Part shown: piece after piece, positions 1 to 19,059 of the stretch
Numbering within the stretch: position 1 is the first letter of the stretch
How the letters are laid out: every line of letters begins with the position of its first letter
DNA from: the human T2T-CHM13v2.0 reference genome, Homo sapiens
Reading direction: 5' to 3' (one strand)
DNA: 64,000 bases
Assembly (NCBI RefSeq): GCF_009914755.1
Contig: NC_060938.1
Notes under the pieces: generated by a model
The model's database searches: none
The model's input: the letters and a program-made list of their open reading frames with translations, nothing else
Told to the model about the DNA's origin: nothing
Made by a program: the position numbers and the translations under genes

Positions 1-12
1 ACTCATCCTAAA

Positions 13-38
13 CACACACACACACACACGTACACACC
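13..38 (+). repeat. (CA)n microsatellite
   Basis: acacacac... run seen directly. Confidence 0.9.
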
Positions 39-228
39 CCACTACCACCACCACCATCAGGCCCTCAACTAATCTCCCTCATGCACTCTTGGCTTTCTAA
101 AGGCCAGGGTCTGGATGATACCACACCATAGCATTCTGCGATGAGAAGAAGGCATTGCCCACACCATGTCACCTAAGGCTCATTTCAGAAAAGGCAGTGA
201 GGGGGAAAAGAGAAGTGCCATCTATTAC

Positions 229-382
229 CTGAGCTGCCGAAGGTTCCTCAAATGATAATGCTTTTCTTTAATTAATTCCCACAGCCGGCCTGGAGTAGCA
301 ACCACAATCTCAGGACGACGGTTCAGCATCCTCTGCTGTTTCTGCGTGGACATTCCACCAACCAAAATAGCAGTTTTAATTC
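229..382 (-). CDS. DDX24: DDX24 coding exon 4 (GG doublet and TPGRL motif)
   Basis: Acceptor tcccatAG at 383-384 and donor GTAAT at 227-228 (minus strand). Translates (G)IKTAILVGGMSTQKQQRMLNRRPEIVVATPGRLWELIKEKHYHLRNLRQL in frame with exon 3. Confidence 0.95.
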
Positions 383-969
383 CTATGGGACAGAAAACAT
401 AAGGGACACTTATTCAATCTGGGTGATCATTTTCTTACATGGCTGACACAGGCACCCCAGATTAGCAGAGACAGACATCAGCACAGTGTAATGCCCTAGA
501 GCATTGCTAAAAGAGCAGGCCTGGCCAGACTGTTGACGCCACTCCTAGAGGGCTTACCAAGTCTTCTGTGATCTGAGCTCTACTTCTTCAGCCTCATTTC
601 TTTTCTACTCCCTCCCCTCCAACCACACCAAAGGGGCTGAATTTGAACCCAGGTATGCTTACCTCCAAAGCTCTGGGAAAACGGAGCACTGGGGCACCAT
701 AATGCTGGGAGGAATATGACCTGCAGCTGTGCTACACCTCTCCTAGGAAGCCCTTCCATTCCCTCAGTTAGAATTATTCTGAAAGGTCCACTAATGCCCT
801 GTTGTTTTCGTCTCTGGTGCAGAAATTCTCATAGTATCATGTGGGTAAAGGGCTTAGCAATAGTAACAACTTGGTAATTAATTGCTGCTTTCATTATAAA
901 ATTAAGATTCCCAGAGTGAAGCCCTTCCCAGAGTGAATTCCCTGAGAGAATTAAATCCTAATAGCTTAG

Positions 970-1178
970 AGCAGGGATCAGCCAACTTTTTCTGAAAGGG
1001 TCACTAGTGAACATTACTGACCTCATAGGCCAGATGGTCTCTGTCACAACTATTAACTCTACTCAACTTCACCTTTGTAGTACAAAACCAACCACAGACA
1101 ATATAAAACCAAATGGGTGTGGGTGTGTTCCGGCAAAACTTTATTTATAAAACCAGACAGTTTGCTAATCCCTGCCCT
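970..1178 (+). mobile_element. MER58A-like hAT MITE
   Basis: Terminal inverted ends cagggatcagccaac ... gtttgctaatccctg. Confidence 0.7.
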
Positions 1179-1412
1179 GAGCATCTACTGTATCCAATAA
1201 ATTTCCTATGCATCCACAATGGCACCAACCATGTATTATCCTTGAGGGAACTGAAAAAATGTCACTATATCAATTTTCTGTAGGGCTTAATTGTCTGGCT
1301 TATAGATGAGAGTGGCTTACCCTAGAGGGCAGGAGCCACAGCTCATTCATCTTTACCAACGAGCATTTGGGATTTACCTAGAAAATATTTATTAAATGGA
1401 ACTAAACCTCAC

Positions 1413-1937
1413 CTGTAAACCTGGCCACAGCATCAATGTGCTGTTTGACCTGGACGGCCAGCTCTCGAGTGGGAGTCAGAACCAGTCCAAGCAGAGGACG
1501 CTTTGGATATGCCTTACAGGTGGCGCTTTTGTCATCCAACTCCTGTTTTAGATTTCCAGTCTGCTCTTTATCAAGATTTTCCTCCTCATTCTCATTCTGT
1601 TTGGGAACAGGTTTCTCCCTGATCAGGGAAGAAGGCCCTTCACCAGCATCATCGTCACCAAAGAGCAACGCCTGGTCTGAGACAGTGCCTCCAGTCTTGG
1701 CTCTGGCCTCGGCTGCAATATCACTGGGCAGTGCTTCACTCTCAATTACAGTATCGTCAGGCAATGCATCAGACTCAGCTTCAGCCTTGCCTGGTGATCT
1801 AGTCTCAGCTCCGGCCTCAGTTCTGGTCTCTCCAGGTGGTGCTTCGGTGTTACTTGAAGGAGGGGCAGCATTCCTCTTCTGCCACTGCAACACCGCATGA
1901 ATCATTGGGATGGCAAAGGCAAGAGTTTTCCCACTTC
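1413..1937 (-). CDS. DDX24: DDX24 coding exon 3 (end of motif I, acidic insertion, motif Ia PTRELA)
   Basis: Acceptor tttaAG at 1938-1939, donor GTGAG at 1411-1412, 525 nt. Reads (G)SGKTLAFAIPMIHAVL...LVLTPTRELAVQV...ARFT(G). Overlaps ORF 1402..1905. Confidence 0.95.
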
Positions 1938-2599
1938 CTTAAAAGTAAAAAAACAAAACAAAGTAAAAACAGTGTGAATCAACAGATGAACATACTTTAG
2001 TCTGGAATTCATTCTTTTGCATAGAATAAGGTAGCCAAGTGCCACCCTGACCGACCCAAAGCTCCTCCACTCTACACAGATTTCCCCAGAAGGAACCAGA
2101 AGGCACATGTAAATTAGAACCCGAGGAAAAGTATGGCAGGCTAGCACTGAGGTCTTAGGTCACCAGTAACGAATTACAAATGTCCAAGAAATGAAACAAT
2201 AAAGAGAGAAAGGGCAAGTTTTGGGTGTATGTGTTGTTTCTGTGAGGAGCAGGAAACAGTAATCCATACAATACTTTCCCAAGACTTTTCTTTGGTGAGA
2301 AAGGAGTAAAAGAAAATTTTCTTAAGTTTTCAGAAAATGTAAATATAAAACTTTTGTCTATGCCTGAACATTTTCAAACTGGCCTTTGAATGTACACAGA
2401 GTCCAAATCATCTGGGTGGTCAAAACAAAACATCTCAGGCTGAGAATTTAAAGAAGTTCCAAAGTGATAATGCCCTAGGCAGAAGCCAATAAATGCTTTC
2501 TCAAGGGAGAAACCATTACCATACATCTCCAAAAATTTTCACAATTTTCAAAGGAAATAAGCAGCTCTCAGTAAAAAATAACCACACACACAAAAATAA

Positions 2600-3530
<931 letters not shown>

Positions 3531-3536
3531 TATATA

Positions 3537-4365
3537 TGTATTATAGTCCCTGTCCCTAATTCTTGACACAGAGCTTCTAAGAGCCTTGTAACTTTCTCAG
3601 TGACAGGGGCATCTTTTGTTGAAATATTTGGTCTTAGTCCTCTGTTGCTGATATAAAACCTTGTGATACCTTAAAAATATCTGTAGTAGTAAGAGCATCT
3701 TTTTGCATGTTAATAAGATGACTAGTGGCTGGAGTCCCTAGACAGCTTCAGGATGGGGGATGGAACTTTCAGCTGCCTCTCCCCACCAACCTCCAGGGAG
3801 GGAAGAGGGACTGGAGACTGAGCTCAGTCACTAACAACCAATGATTTAATCAATTATCAATCATGCCTATGCAATGGAACCTCCACAAAATCTCTAAACG
3901 ATGGAGTTCGGATAGATTCCAGGGTGGTGTACCCAGGGACCATGAAAACTCCATGCCCTACCTCTCCTGACTTCCAACCCCGCCCCATACCTTGCCCTAG
4001 TCATCTCATCCATCTGGCTGTTTCTCAGTTACATCTTTTATAATAAATTGTTAAATACAAGTAAAGTGTTTCCCTGAATTCTGTCAGGCATAGCAAAGTG
4101 CTGAACCTGAGGAAGGTGTTGTGGGAATACCCAATTTGTAGCCAAGCTGACCAGAAGTACCATTATTTGTGATTAGCATCATTAATGGGGGCAACCTTGT
4201 GGGACTGAGCCCTTAACCTGTAAGGAATGACACTAGCTCCAGGTAGATAGTGTCTGAATTGAACAGAATTGTAGGATAACCAGTTGGTGTCCACAGAGTT
4301 GCAGAGCTGGTTGTGAGTGTGGGAAAAACCCACACATTTGATGCCAAGAGTGTTCTGTGGGTAGA
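3537..4365 (+). mobile_element. MER21-like LTR
   Basis: Resembles the MER21 consensus (aatcaatcatgcctatgcaatggaacctcc; aataaa; aaaaacccacacatttg at the 3' end). Confidence 0.6.
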
Positions 4366-4370
4366 AAATC

Positions 4371-4666
4371 TTTTTTTTTTTTTTGAGACACAGTCTTGCT
4401 CTGTCGCCAGGCTGGAGTACAGTGGTACAATCTCAGCTCACTGCAACCTCCACCTCCAGGTTCAAGCGATTCTCCTGCCTCAGCCTCCCAAGTAGCTGGG
4501 ACTACAGGCATCTGCCACCACACCCAAGTAACTTTTGATTTTTTTTTTTAGTAGAGATGCAGTTTCACCATGTTGGCCAGGATGGTCTCTATCTCTTCAC
4601 CTCGTGATCCACCTGCCCTGGCCTCCCAAAGTGCTGGGATTACAGGTGTGAGCCACTGCACCCGGC
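4371..4666 (-). mobile_element. AluS
   Basis: Poly-T followed by the reverse-complement Alu dimer. Confidence 0.9.
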
Positions 4667-7600
4667 GTATGGGTAGATCTTAATAGTATCTCTCTCTCTG
4701 ACACACACACACACACACACAAATTCAGTGCCAAAGAAGGAAACAAAGAAGAGCTGGGACTAATAGAAAAGTAACAGATTTAAACCTAACCACTGATGCT
4801 GCTCCCGGGATCACTGCAGACAGGAGGGAGGACTAGATTGCAACTCCTGAAAGAGCAGCAAGGGGAGGCTTGCATTGTGAGTTTTAGCTCCAGATTGACT
4901 GCAAGAACAAACCAGTAATCCTGAGAGGAACCACAGACCCTCTGAAGGAACTGGACTGCTCCAGCAGGACCCAGGAGACCCCCAAATACCGTGAGTGCCC
5001 CAACTGTGGAGAGGAGGGAGGCTCTCCTCTCCCAAACACACACCCCCACTAGAGAAGGTGAAGGTCTGTTTGCAGGAGAAGTTTCTGACTTTACCTGGAG
5101 CTGAGTCAAGTTAGAGAGCTGAGCGAAATACAGGGGTAGAAGAAGCAGCAGAAAGGCCCTGGGAGCTCGCTGGGTCCCCAAGCAGCCCATTCCTGCCTGG
5201 CACCACAGGGATCCACTGGGAGGGTGGCCACAGGAGCTGGGGGCAAAACTCCACAGAAAGAAGGCATTCTCTAGCCAAATTCTGTAACAATTTGATTTAA
5301 CAATCTGAACAGGACCAGAAGCCTCCTGGCCAGAACTCGGGGGAGGGCACGAATCCAGACTTCACAGGTAGGGGAAGAACTAAAGCCCCTTTTCTTTCAG
5401 AGCTGGGAAGCAGATAACCTTGGGCAAGTTTTCAAGCCCTCCTCCCGGAAACAGACTGGGGCTGTTGGGGAGGACACGGTGGGAGTAAGACTGCCCTTCG
5501 GTTTGTGAGGGAGCTGGGTGAGGCCCATGACTGCTGGCTTTCCCCCATTTCCCTGACAACCTGCATGACTCACCAGAGGCAGCCATAATCCTCCTAGGTA
5601 CACAACTCCAGTGACCTGGGAATCTAACCCCCATCCCCCACAACACCCACAACAAGACCCACCCAAGGAGAGTCAGAGCAGGCGTAGACCTGCCCCCACA
5701 TGATGGTCCTTCCCTATCCACCCTGGTAGCAGAAGACAAAGGGCATATAATCTTGGGAGTTCTAGGGCCCTACCCACTGCTGGTCCCTCTCCATACTATA
5801 GCTGATGCTTTCTGGAAAGTGCCACCTCCTGGCAGGAGGCCAACTAACACAAAAACAGAGCATTAAACTACCAAAGCTAAGCACCCTCACAGAGTCCAAC
5901 ACACCCTCAGCCATCTCCACCGGAACAGGCGCTGGTATCCGTGGCTGAGAGCCCCATAGACGGTTAACATCACAGGACTCTGTGCAGACAACTCCCAGTA
6001 CCAGCCCAGAGCCGGGTAGATTTGCTGGGTGGCTAGACCCAGAAGACAGACAACAATCACTGCAGTTTGGCTCACAGGAAGCCACATCCATAGGAAAAGG
6101 GGGAGTACTACATCAAGGGAACACTCCATGAGACAAAAGAATCTGAACAACAGCCTTCAGCCCTAGACCTTCCCTCTGAAACAGCCTACCCAAATGAGAA
6201 GGAACCAGAAAACCAACCCTGGTAATATGACAAAACAAGGCTCTTCAACAGCCCCCAACAAAAAATCATACTAGTTCACCAGCAATGGATCCAAACCAAG
6301 AAGAAATCCCTGATTTACCTGAAAGAGAATTCAGGAGGTTAGTTATTAAGCTAATCAGGGAGGGACCAGAGAAAGATAAAGTCTCAATGCAAGGAAATCC
6401 AAAAAATGATACAAGAAGTGGAGGGAGAAATATTAAAGGAAATACATAAAGAGAAAACAATAAAAAATTCAGGAAACTCTAGACATACTTTTAGAAATGT
6501 GAAATGCTGGGGAAAGTCTCAGCAATAGAACTGAACAAGTAGAAGAAAGAAATTCAGAGCTCAAAGACAAGATCTTCAAATTAACCCAATCCAAGAAAGA
6601 CAAAGAAAAAAGAATAAGAAAAAATGAACAAAGGCTCTAAGAAGTCTGGGATTATGTTAAATGACCAAACCTAATAATCGGTGTACCTGAGGAAGGAGAG
6701 AATGCTAAAAGCTTGGAAAACATATTTGGAGGAATAATTGAGGAAAACTTCTCCAGCCTTGCTAGAGACCTAGATATCCAAATACAAGAAGCACAAAGAA
6801 CACCTGGGAAATTCACTGCAAAAAGATCTTCACCTAGGCACACTGTCATTAGGTTATACAAAGTTAAGACAAAGGAAAGAATTTTAAGAGCTGTGAGACA
6901 GAAGCACCAGATAACCTATAAAGGAAAACCTATCAGATTAACAGTAGACATCTCAGGAGAAACCCTACAAGCTAGAAGGGACTGGGGCCCTATCTTCAAC
7001 CTCCTCAAACAAAACAATCTTCAGCCAAGAATTTTGTATCCAGCAAAACTAAGCATCATATATGAAGGAAAGATACAATTGTTTTCAGATAAACAAATGT
7101 AGAGACAATTTGCCATTACCAAGCCACCACTACAAGAACTGCTAAAAGGAGCTCTAAATCTTGAAACAAACCCTGGAGACGTATTAAAACAGAACAACCT
7201 CTTTAAAGTATAAAGTAAAAATCACACAGGATGCAGACATACAAGTTAAAAAGCAAAAACAAAAAAACAAAACTAAAGTACACAGGCAACAAAGAGCATG
7301 AGGAACGCAAGGGTACCTCACATTTCAATACTAACATTGAATGGAAATGGTCTAAATGCTCCACTTAAAAGATAAAGAACTGCAGAATGGATGCAGAACT
7401 CATCAACCAACTATCTGCTGCCTTCAGGAGACTCATCTAACACATAAGGACTCACATAAACTTAAAGTAAAGGGGTGGAAAAAGGCATTTAATGCAAATG
7501 GACACCAAAAGCAAGTAGGGGTAGCTATTCTTATATCAGACAAAACAAACTTTAAAGCAACAATGGTTAAAACAGACAAAGAGGAACATTATATAATGGT

Positions 7601-10600
7601 AAAAGGCCTTGTCCAACAGGAAAATATCAAAATCCTAAACATATATGCACCTAACACTGGAGCTCACCAATTTACGAAACAATTACTAACAGACCTAAGA
7701 AATGAGACAGACAGCAACACAATAATAGTGGGGGACTTCAATACTCCACTGACAGCACTAGACAGATCATCAAGACAGAAAGTCAACAAGGAAACAATCG
7801 ATTTAAACTATACCTTGGAACAAATGGACTTAACAGATATATACAGAACATTTCATCCAACAACTGCAGAATATACTTCTATTCAACAGCACATGGAACT
7901 TTCTCCAAGATAGACCATATGATAGGCCATAAAATGAGCCTCAATAAATTTAAGAAAATTGAAATTATATCAAGCACTCTCTCAGACCACAGTGGAATAA
8001 AACTGGAAATCAACTCCAAAAGGAACCTTCAAAACCATGCAAATACATGAAAATTAAATAACCTGCTCCTGAATGAGCATTGGGTCAAAAACAAAATCAG
8101 TTTGTAAATTTAAAAATTCTTCAAACTGAATGACAATAATGACACAACGTATCAAAACCTCTAGGATACAGCAAAGGCAGCACTAAGAGGAAAGTTCATA
8201 GCCCTAAATGGCTACATCGAAAAGTCTGAAAGAGCACAAACAGACAATCTAAGGTCACATCTCAAGGAGCTAGAGAAACAAGAACAAACCAAACCCAAAC
8301 CCAGCAGAAGAAAGGAAATAGCCAAGATCAGAGCAGAACTAAATGAAATTGAAACAAACAAACAAAAAAACAAAAGATAAACAAAACAAAAAGCTAGTTC
8401 TTTGAAAAGATAAATAAAATTGACAGACCATTAGCAAGATTAACCAAGAAAAGAAGAGAGAAAATCAAAATAACCTCACTATAAAACAAAACAGGAGATA
8501 TTACAACTGAAACCACTGAAATAAGAAAGATCATTCAAGGCTACTATGAACACCTTTACACAGATAAACTAGGAAACCTAGAAAAGATGGATAAATTCCT
8601 GGAAAAAAAACCCTCCTAGCTTAAGTCAGGAAGAATGAGATACCCTGAACAGACCAATAACAAGCAGCAAGATTGAAATGGTAATTAGAAAATTACCAAC
8701 AAAAAAAAGTCCAGAACCAGACGGATTTGCAACAGAATTCTACCAGACATTCAAAGAACTGGTCCCAATCCTTTTGACACTATTCTACGAGATGGAGAAA
8801 GAAGGAACCCTCCCTAATTCATTCTATGAAGCCAGCATCACCCTAATACCAAAACCAGGAAAGGACACAACCAAAAAAGAAAACTACAGACCAATATCCC
8901 TGATGAACATAGATCCTAAAATCCTTAACAAAATACTAGCTAACCAAATCCAACAACATATCAAAAAGATAACCCACCATGATCAAGTGGGTTTCATGCC
9001 AGGGATGCAGGGATGGTTTAACATATGCAAGTCAATAAATGTGGTATACCACATAAGCAGAGTTAAAAACCAAAATCACATGATCTCAATAGATGGAGAA
9101 AAAGCATTAGACAAAATCCAGCATCCCTTTACAATTAAAATTCTCAGCAAAATTGGCATACAAGGGACACACCTTAATGTAATAAAAGCCTTCTATGACA
9201 AACCCACAGTCAACATAATACTGAATGGGGAAAAGGTGAAAGCATTCCCTCTGAGAACTGGAACAAGACAAGGATGCCCACCTACTCTTACCACTCCTCT
9301 TCAACATCGTCCTGGAAGTCCTAGCCAGAGCAATAAGACAAGAGAAAAAAAATAAAGGGCATCCAAATCAGTAAAGAGGAAGTCAAACTGGCACTGTTTG
9401 CTGATGATATGATCATTTACCTTGAAAATCCTAAGGACTCCTCCAGAAAGCTCCTAAAACTGATAAACAATTCAGCAAAGTTTCCGGATACAAGATTAAC
9501 GTACACAAATCAGTAGCTCTTTTATACACCAACAGCGACCAAGTGGAGAATCAAATCAAGAACTCAATCCCTTTTAAAATGGTTGCAAAAAAAAAAAATA
9601 CTTAGGAATATGCCTAACAAAGGAGTCAAAAGACGTCCACAAGGAAAACTACAAAACACTGCTGAAAGAAATCACAGACAACAGAAACAAATGGAAACAC
9701 ATCCCACGCTCATGGATGGGTAAAATCAATATTGTGAAAATGACTGTTGCCAAAAGCAATCTACAAATTCAATGCAATCTCATCAAAATACCACCATCAT
9801 TCTTCACAGAATTAGAAAAAACAATTCTAAAATTCATATGGAACCAAAAAAGAGCCTGCATAGCCAAAACAAGACTAAGCAAAAAGAACAAATCTGGAGG
9901 CATCACACTACCTGATTTCAAACTATACTATAAGCCCATAGTCACCAAAACAGAGTGATACTGGTATAAAAATCGGCACAAAGACCAATGGAACAGAATA
10001 GAGAACCCAGAAATAAACCCAAATACTTACAGCCAACTGATCTTCAACAAAGCAAACAAAAACCTAAAGTGGGGAAAGGACATTGTTTTCAACAAATGGT
10101 GCCGGGATAACTGGCTAGCCACCTGTAGGAGAATGAAACTGGATCCTCATCTCTCACCTTATACAAAAATCCACTCAAGATGGATTAAGGACTTAAACCT
10201 AAGACCTGAAACTATAAAAATTCCAGAAAATTAACATTGGACAAACCCTTCTGGACATTGGCTTAGGCAAGGATTTCATGACCAAGAACCCAAAAGCAAA
10301 TGCAATAAAAACAAAGATAAATATCTGGGACCTAATTAAACTAAAGAGCTTCTGTACAGCAAAAGGAACAGTCAGCAAACTAAATAGACAACCCATACAG
10401 TGGCAGAAAATCTTCACAATCTATACATCTGACAAAGGACTAATATCCAGAATCTACAGCAAACTCAAACAAATCAGTAAGAAAAAAAAATCCCATCAAA
10501 AAGTGGGTTAACAACATAAATAGACAATTATCAAAAGAAGATACACAAATGGCCAACAAACATGAAAAAATGCTCAACATCACTAATGATCAGGGAAATG

Positions 10601-10683
10601 CAAAGCAAAACCACAATGTGATACCACCTTACTCCTGCAAGAATGGCCATAATCAAAAAATCAAAAAACAGTAGATGTTGGCA

Positions 10684-11330
<647 letters not shown>

Positions 11331-11867
11331 CTAGTATAGCCACTATGGAAAACAGCGTGGAGATTCCTTAAAGAACTAAAAGTAGAACTACCATTTGATC
11401 AAGCAATCCCACTACTGGGTATCTACCCAGAGGAAAAGAAGTCATTATACAAAAAAGATACTTTCACACATAATTTTATAGCAGCACAATTCACAACTGC
11501 AAAATCATGGAACCAACCCAAATGCCCATCAATCAACGAGTAGATAAAGAAACTGTGGTATATACAGGATGGAATACTATGCAGCCATAAAAAGGAATGG
11601 ATTAACAGCATTTGCAGTGACCTGGATGAGACTGGAGACTATTATTCTAAGTGAGGTAACTCAGGAATGGAAAACCAAACATCGTATGTTATCACTGATA
11701 TGCAGGACTAAGTTATGAGGATGCAAAAGCATAAGAATGATACAATGGACTCCGGGTACTTGGGGGGAAGAATGAAAGAGGGGCAAGGGATGAAATACTA
11801 CAAATATGGTGTAGCGTATATTGCTCGGGTGATAGGTGCACCAAAATCTCACAAATCACCACTAAAC

Positions 11868-12165
11868 TGGCACAGTGGCTCACGCCTGTAATCCCAACAC
11901 TTTGGGAGGCCGAGGTGGGCAGATTACTTGAGTTCAGGAGTTCAAGACCAACCTGGCCAACGTGGTGAAACCCTGTCTCTACTAAAAATGCAAAAAGTAG
12001 CCGGGCATGGTGGCACATGCCTGTAGTTCAGCTACTTGGGAGGCTGAGGAAGGAGGATGGCTTGATCCCAGAAGGTGGAGATTGCAGTGAGCTGAGATAG
12101 CACTACTGCACTCCAGCCAGGGTGACAAAGCAAGACTCCGTCTCAAAAAACAAACAAACAAAAAA
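11868..12165 (+). mobile_element. Alu in the L1 3'UTR
   Basis: Alu dimer with a (CAAA)n tail. Confidence 0.9.
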
Positions 12166-12337
12166 ACTTGCTCATGTAACCAAATACCACTTGTACACCA
12201 ATAACTTATGGAAAAATTTAAAAAAATTAAAAATAAACATCTAAACATAGAAAAGGAAAAAAAAATTTAAAATAAAAAACAGAAATGTGAAAAAAATAAA
12301 TAAATCAGGTATGCTATCAGTCAAAAAATAAATAAGT

Positions 12338-16140
<3,803 letters not shown>

Positions 16141-16149
16141 ATGGATATA

Positions 16150-16560
16150 CAGTTGACCCTTTAACACAAATTTGAAGGTAGGGGTCCACTTATACACAGA
16201 ATTTCTTCCACCTCAGCCACCCTGAGACAGCAAGACCAACCCCTCCTCTTTCTACTCAGCCTACTGAAAGTCAAGATGAAGATGAACACATTTATGATGA
16301 TCCACTTCCATTTAATGAATAGTAAATATATTTTCTGTTCCTTACAATTTTCTTAATAACATTTTTTCTCTAGCTTATGTTACTGTAAGAATAAAGTATA
16401 TAATACAAAATATGTGCTAATAGACTGCTTATGTTATCTGTAAGGCATCCAGCCAATAATAGGCTATTAGCGTTTAAGTTTGGGGGGAGTTCAAAATTAT
16501 ACATGGATTTTCGACTGCACAGGGGACCAATGCCCCTAATCCCCACATTAAGGGTCTATT
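16150..16560 (+). mobile_element. Tigger2a-like MITE
   Basis: TA|CAGTTGACCCTT ... AAGGGTCTATT, degenerate terminal inverted repeats. Confidence 0.7.
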
Positions 16561-17286
16561 TATTATTGCATGGGCAGTGGTCTGTTCACAGCCCCAGATG
16601 GATGACTTATCCAAGTCGTTTTGAATTCTGGACTTGTAGATTCACAACCTGACAGGAACTGTGGTATACATCCAAATGTCAATCTCTGGCCACAACGGCT
16701 CATATAAACCTTGTTTCTGCCTTCCACGGACTTACTTCCAGGACTCTGCTGCACATACCAAAGCAGTGTAGCAGAATGCTTAACAACACACAGAACTAGC
16801 CTGGAATCCATACACTACCATTTCAGTTGTGTAATTTTAGGGAAGCTGTCTATGCTCTGTGAGGCTGAGTTTTCTCATCTGTAACATGGGAATAATGGTA
16901 CTTACCCCAGGGTGGTTGTGACAACCGATTTCATCAACATAAAGCACTTAACACAGTGCATGACACATCTTAAATGCTCAGTAAATGTTCTAAGTTATTA
17001 TCTCCATTCCCCTTTCCTGTAGTTCCTCACTCTTCCATCTATATGACTGCCACAGAACATCATCCTGAGTTTCCTGACCACTGTTCCAGAAACCCAAAGC
17101 ACGTGTCTACTGAACACTTAAAATGTAGTTACTCTAAAATGACATGTGCTGCAAGTTTAAAACACACCAGATTTTGAAAATTTAGTAAAAAAAAAAAAAA
17201 AGAACATAAAATATCTCACTAGTTTTTAACTTTTAAAAAATGTGACTCCTAGTAAATTTTAAATTACTTATGTGTTTCACATTATA

Positions 17287-17620
17287 CAGTCACCCTTCTG
17301 TAACCGTGGGTTCTGCATCTGTGGATCGACAATATTCGGGGGGGTAAAAAAAAAAAAACTGTATCTGTACTAAACACTGTACAGACTTTTCTTGTCATTA
17401 TTCCCTAAACAATACGGTGTAACAATTTACATAAGACCTATGTTGTATGAGATATTATAAGTAATCGAGAGATGATTTAAAATATACAGGAGGATGTGCC
17501 TATATAGGTTATATGTAAGCACTACACCATTTTATATCAGAGACTTGAGCATCCCTGGATTTTGGTATCCAAGGGAGGTCCTGGAACCAATCCTCCATGG
17601 ATATCAAGAGATGACTATAT
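17287..17620 (+). mobile_element. MER2/Tigger3-like MITE nested in a MER3-like element (~17080-17650)
   Basis: TA|CAGTCACCCT ... AGAGATGACTA|TA termini. Confidence 0.65.
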
Positions 17621-18341
17621 GTATTTCTAATGGACACTGCTGGTCTAAACAGACCAATAGTTCCAGGCAGTACTAGTTCCTCCCCCAAGTCAGCAGTCTA
17701 GTCTATCCAGCAAAGTCAACCTGTCATTGCTTCCAAAAGTCTCGCAGGAACCTCAAACACAGCATAGTCCTAACACTTCATAGCTGAATCTGTTTACAAA
17801 ATCCACCCAATGACTACCCACCACACTCAAATCCTTCCAATGACAAGAAACTCATCAACTCCCAAAGCAGCAACCCTTTTCACCTTTGCACAACTCCTGA
17901 GAATTAGACAGTTCTTCCCTATACTCATGAAGATCTACCTCTCCAAAGGGCTGATCTTAGCCTTGCCTTACCCCTTTGAGCTATTTAGAAAAGGCTCAAG
18001 AACAGCAGAAACTACGATTTGCAGACCACTTCCAATGTACAGTGTAAGCTTTAGTTTACTGTGGCATTTAACCCTCACAGCAATGCAAGAGGTAGAAACT
18101 GTTATCTCCATTTGGTTGATAATGGGGTCTACAGAGCTGAGAGAGATAAAAGTGATCTGGCTAGGATACCATTCAAGAAGAGCATATTTCAAACCAGAGG
18201 GGCTGACTTCTAAACACCTTTATTCAGCGTTGCTTTTGTGGTTATGTTCTTCAACATTCTTCTCTCTCCCAATTATCTGGCCTATTAGCAGCTATGGGCT
18301 CAATCCAGAAGCAATCCTGCTTTGGCCAGAGTTGCCCTTAC

Positions 18342-19059
18342 CTGTCTCAGCAGCCCCAAGGATGTCCAGTTTGTCACGGATGGCAGGTGCCAAGGTCAGG
18401 GCTTGGATTGGTGTGGGTGCAGAGAAGCCTAGAAAGCTGAGTGCTCGGAGAACCGGCCTGGGAACAAACAGGTCCTTCCAAGCTGACACATCTGCTTTCT
18501 GATCATGAACTTCAGGAATCCATGTCTTCGCTTTTTTGGGCACCTTGGCAGCAGTGCTCTGAGAAGGCTCCAACCCTTTTTTCCCTTTATTTTTCTTCTT
18601 TTTTGGAGCAGTTTGGACCAGGTTTTCTGATGTCATCTCCCCAGCCTCCGGATCATCACAAACCATGTCATCTCCCTGGGCCTCCAGCTCAGGATCTTTC
18701 ACTTCAAATTCTTTCTGGGTACTGGTTCCTTCAGTTGCTACATTTTTACTTTTCTTCAACTTGATCTTTTTCTTTGGTGAGCTAGACTTTCCCTCCTCCT
18801 CCTCCTCTTCTTCTGAAACAGCTTGTGCCTTTCTCTTGGGTGCTTCCTTTGAGAAGAGACTGGAGGGATTCTTGGCAGGGGAGACCAACTGGTAATCTGT
18901 CAATTCCTCAAAGCACACCAAGTCATCCATCTGTCCATCTGCAAACATATTTGGGTCAATCTTCACTTCCTTCCATTTTCCCACAACTTTGATTCCCTTT
19001 GTCTGAAATTTGCCACAGCTTGACTGCTTTGGCCTTGATTTTGTGTCCTTCAACTTCAT
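18342..19059 (-). CDS. DDX24: DDX24 first coding exon (exon 2; exon begins at 19064)
   Basis: ATG at 19059 in CAACCATGA context, acceptor AG at 19065-19066, donor GTAAG at 18340-18341. Reads MKLKDTKSRPKQ...GFSAPTPIQ (Q motif)...ILGAAET(G). Confidence 0.96.

Noticed and set aside
1436-1900. 154-aa plus-strand ORF (also 17810..18502, 18441..18764 and 18665..18895)
   Set aside because: These are antisense shadows of DDX24 coding exons, with no independent gene signals.
6713-10511. L1 ORF1/ORF2 fragments as active genes
   Set aside because: Broken by many stops, frameshifts and Alu insertions; not retrotransposition-competent.
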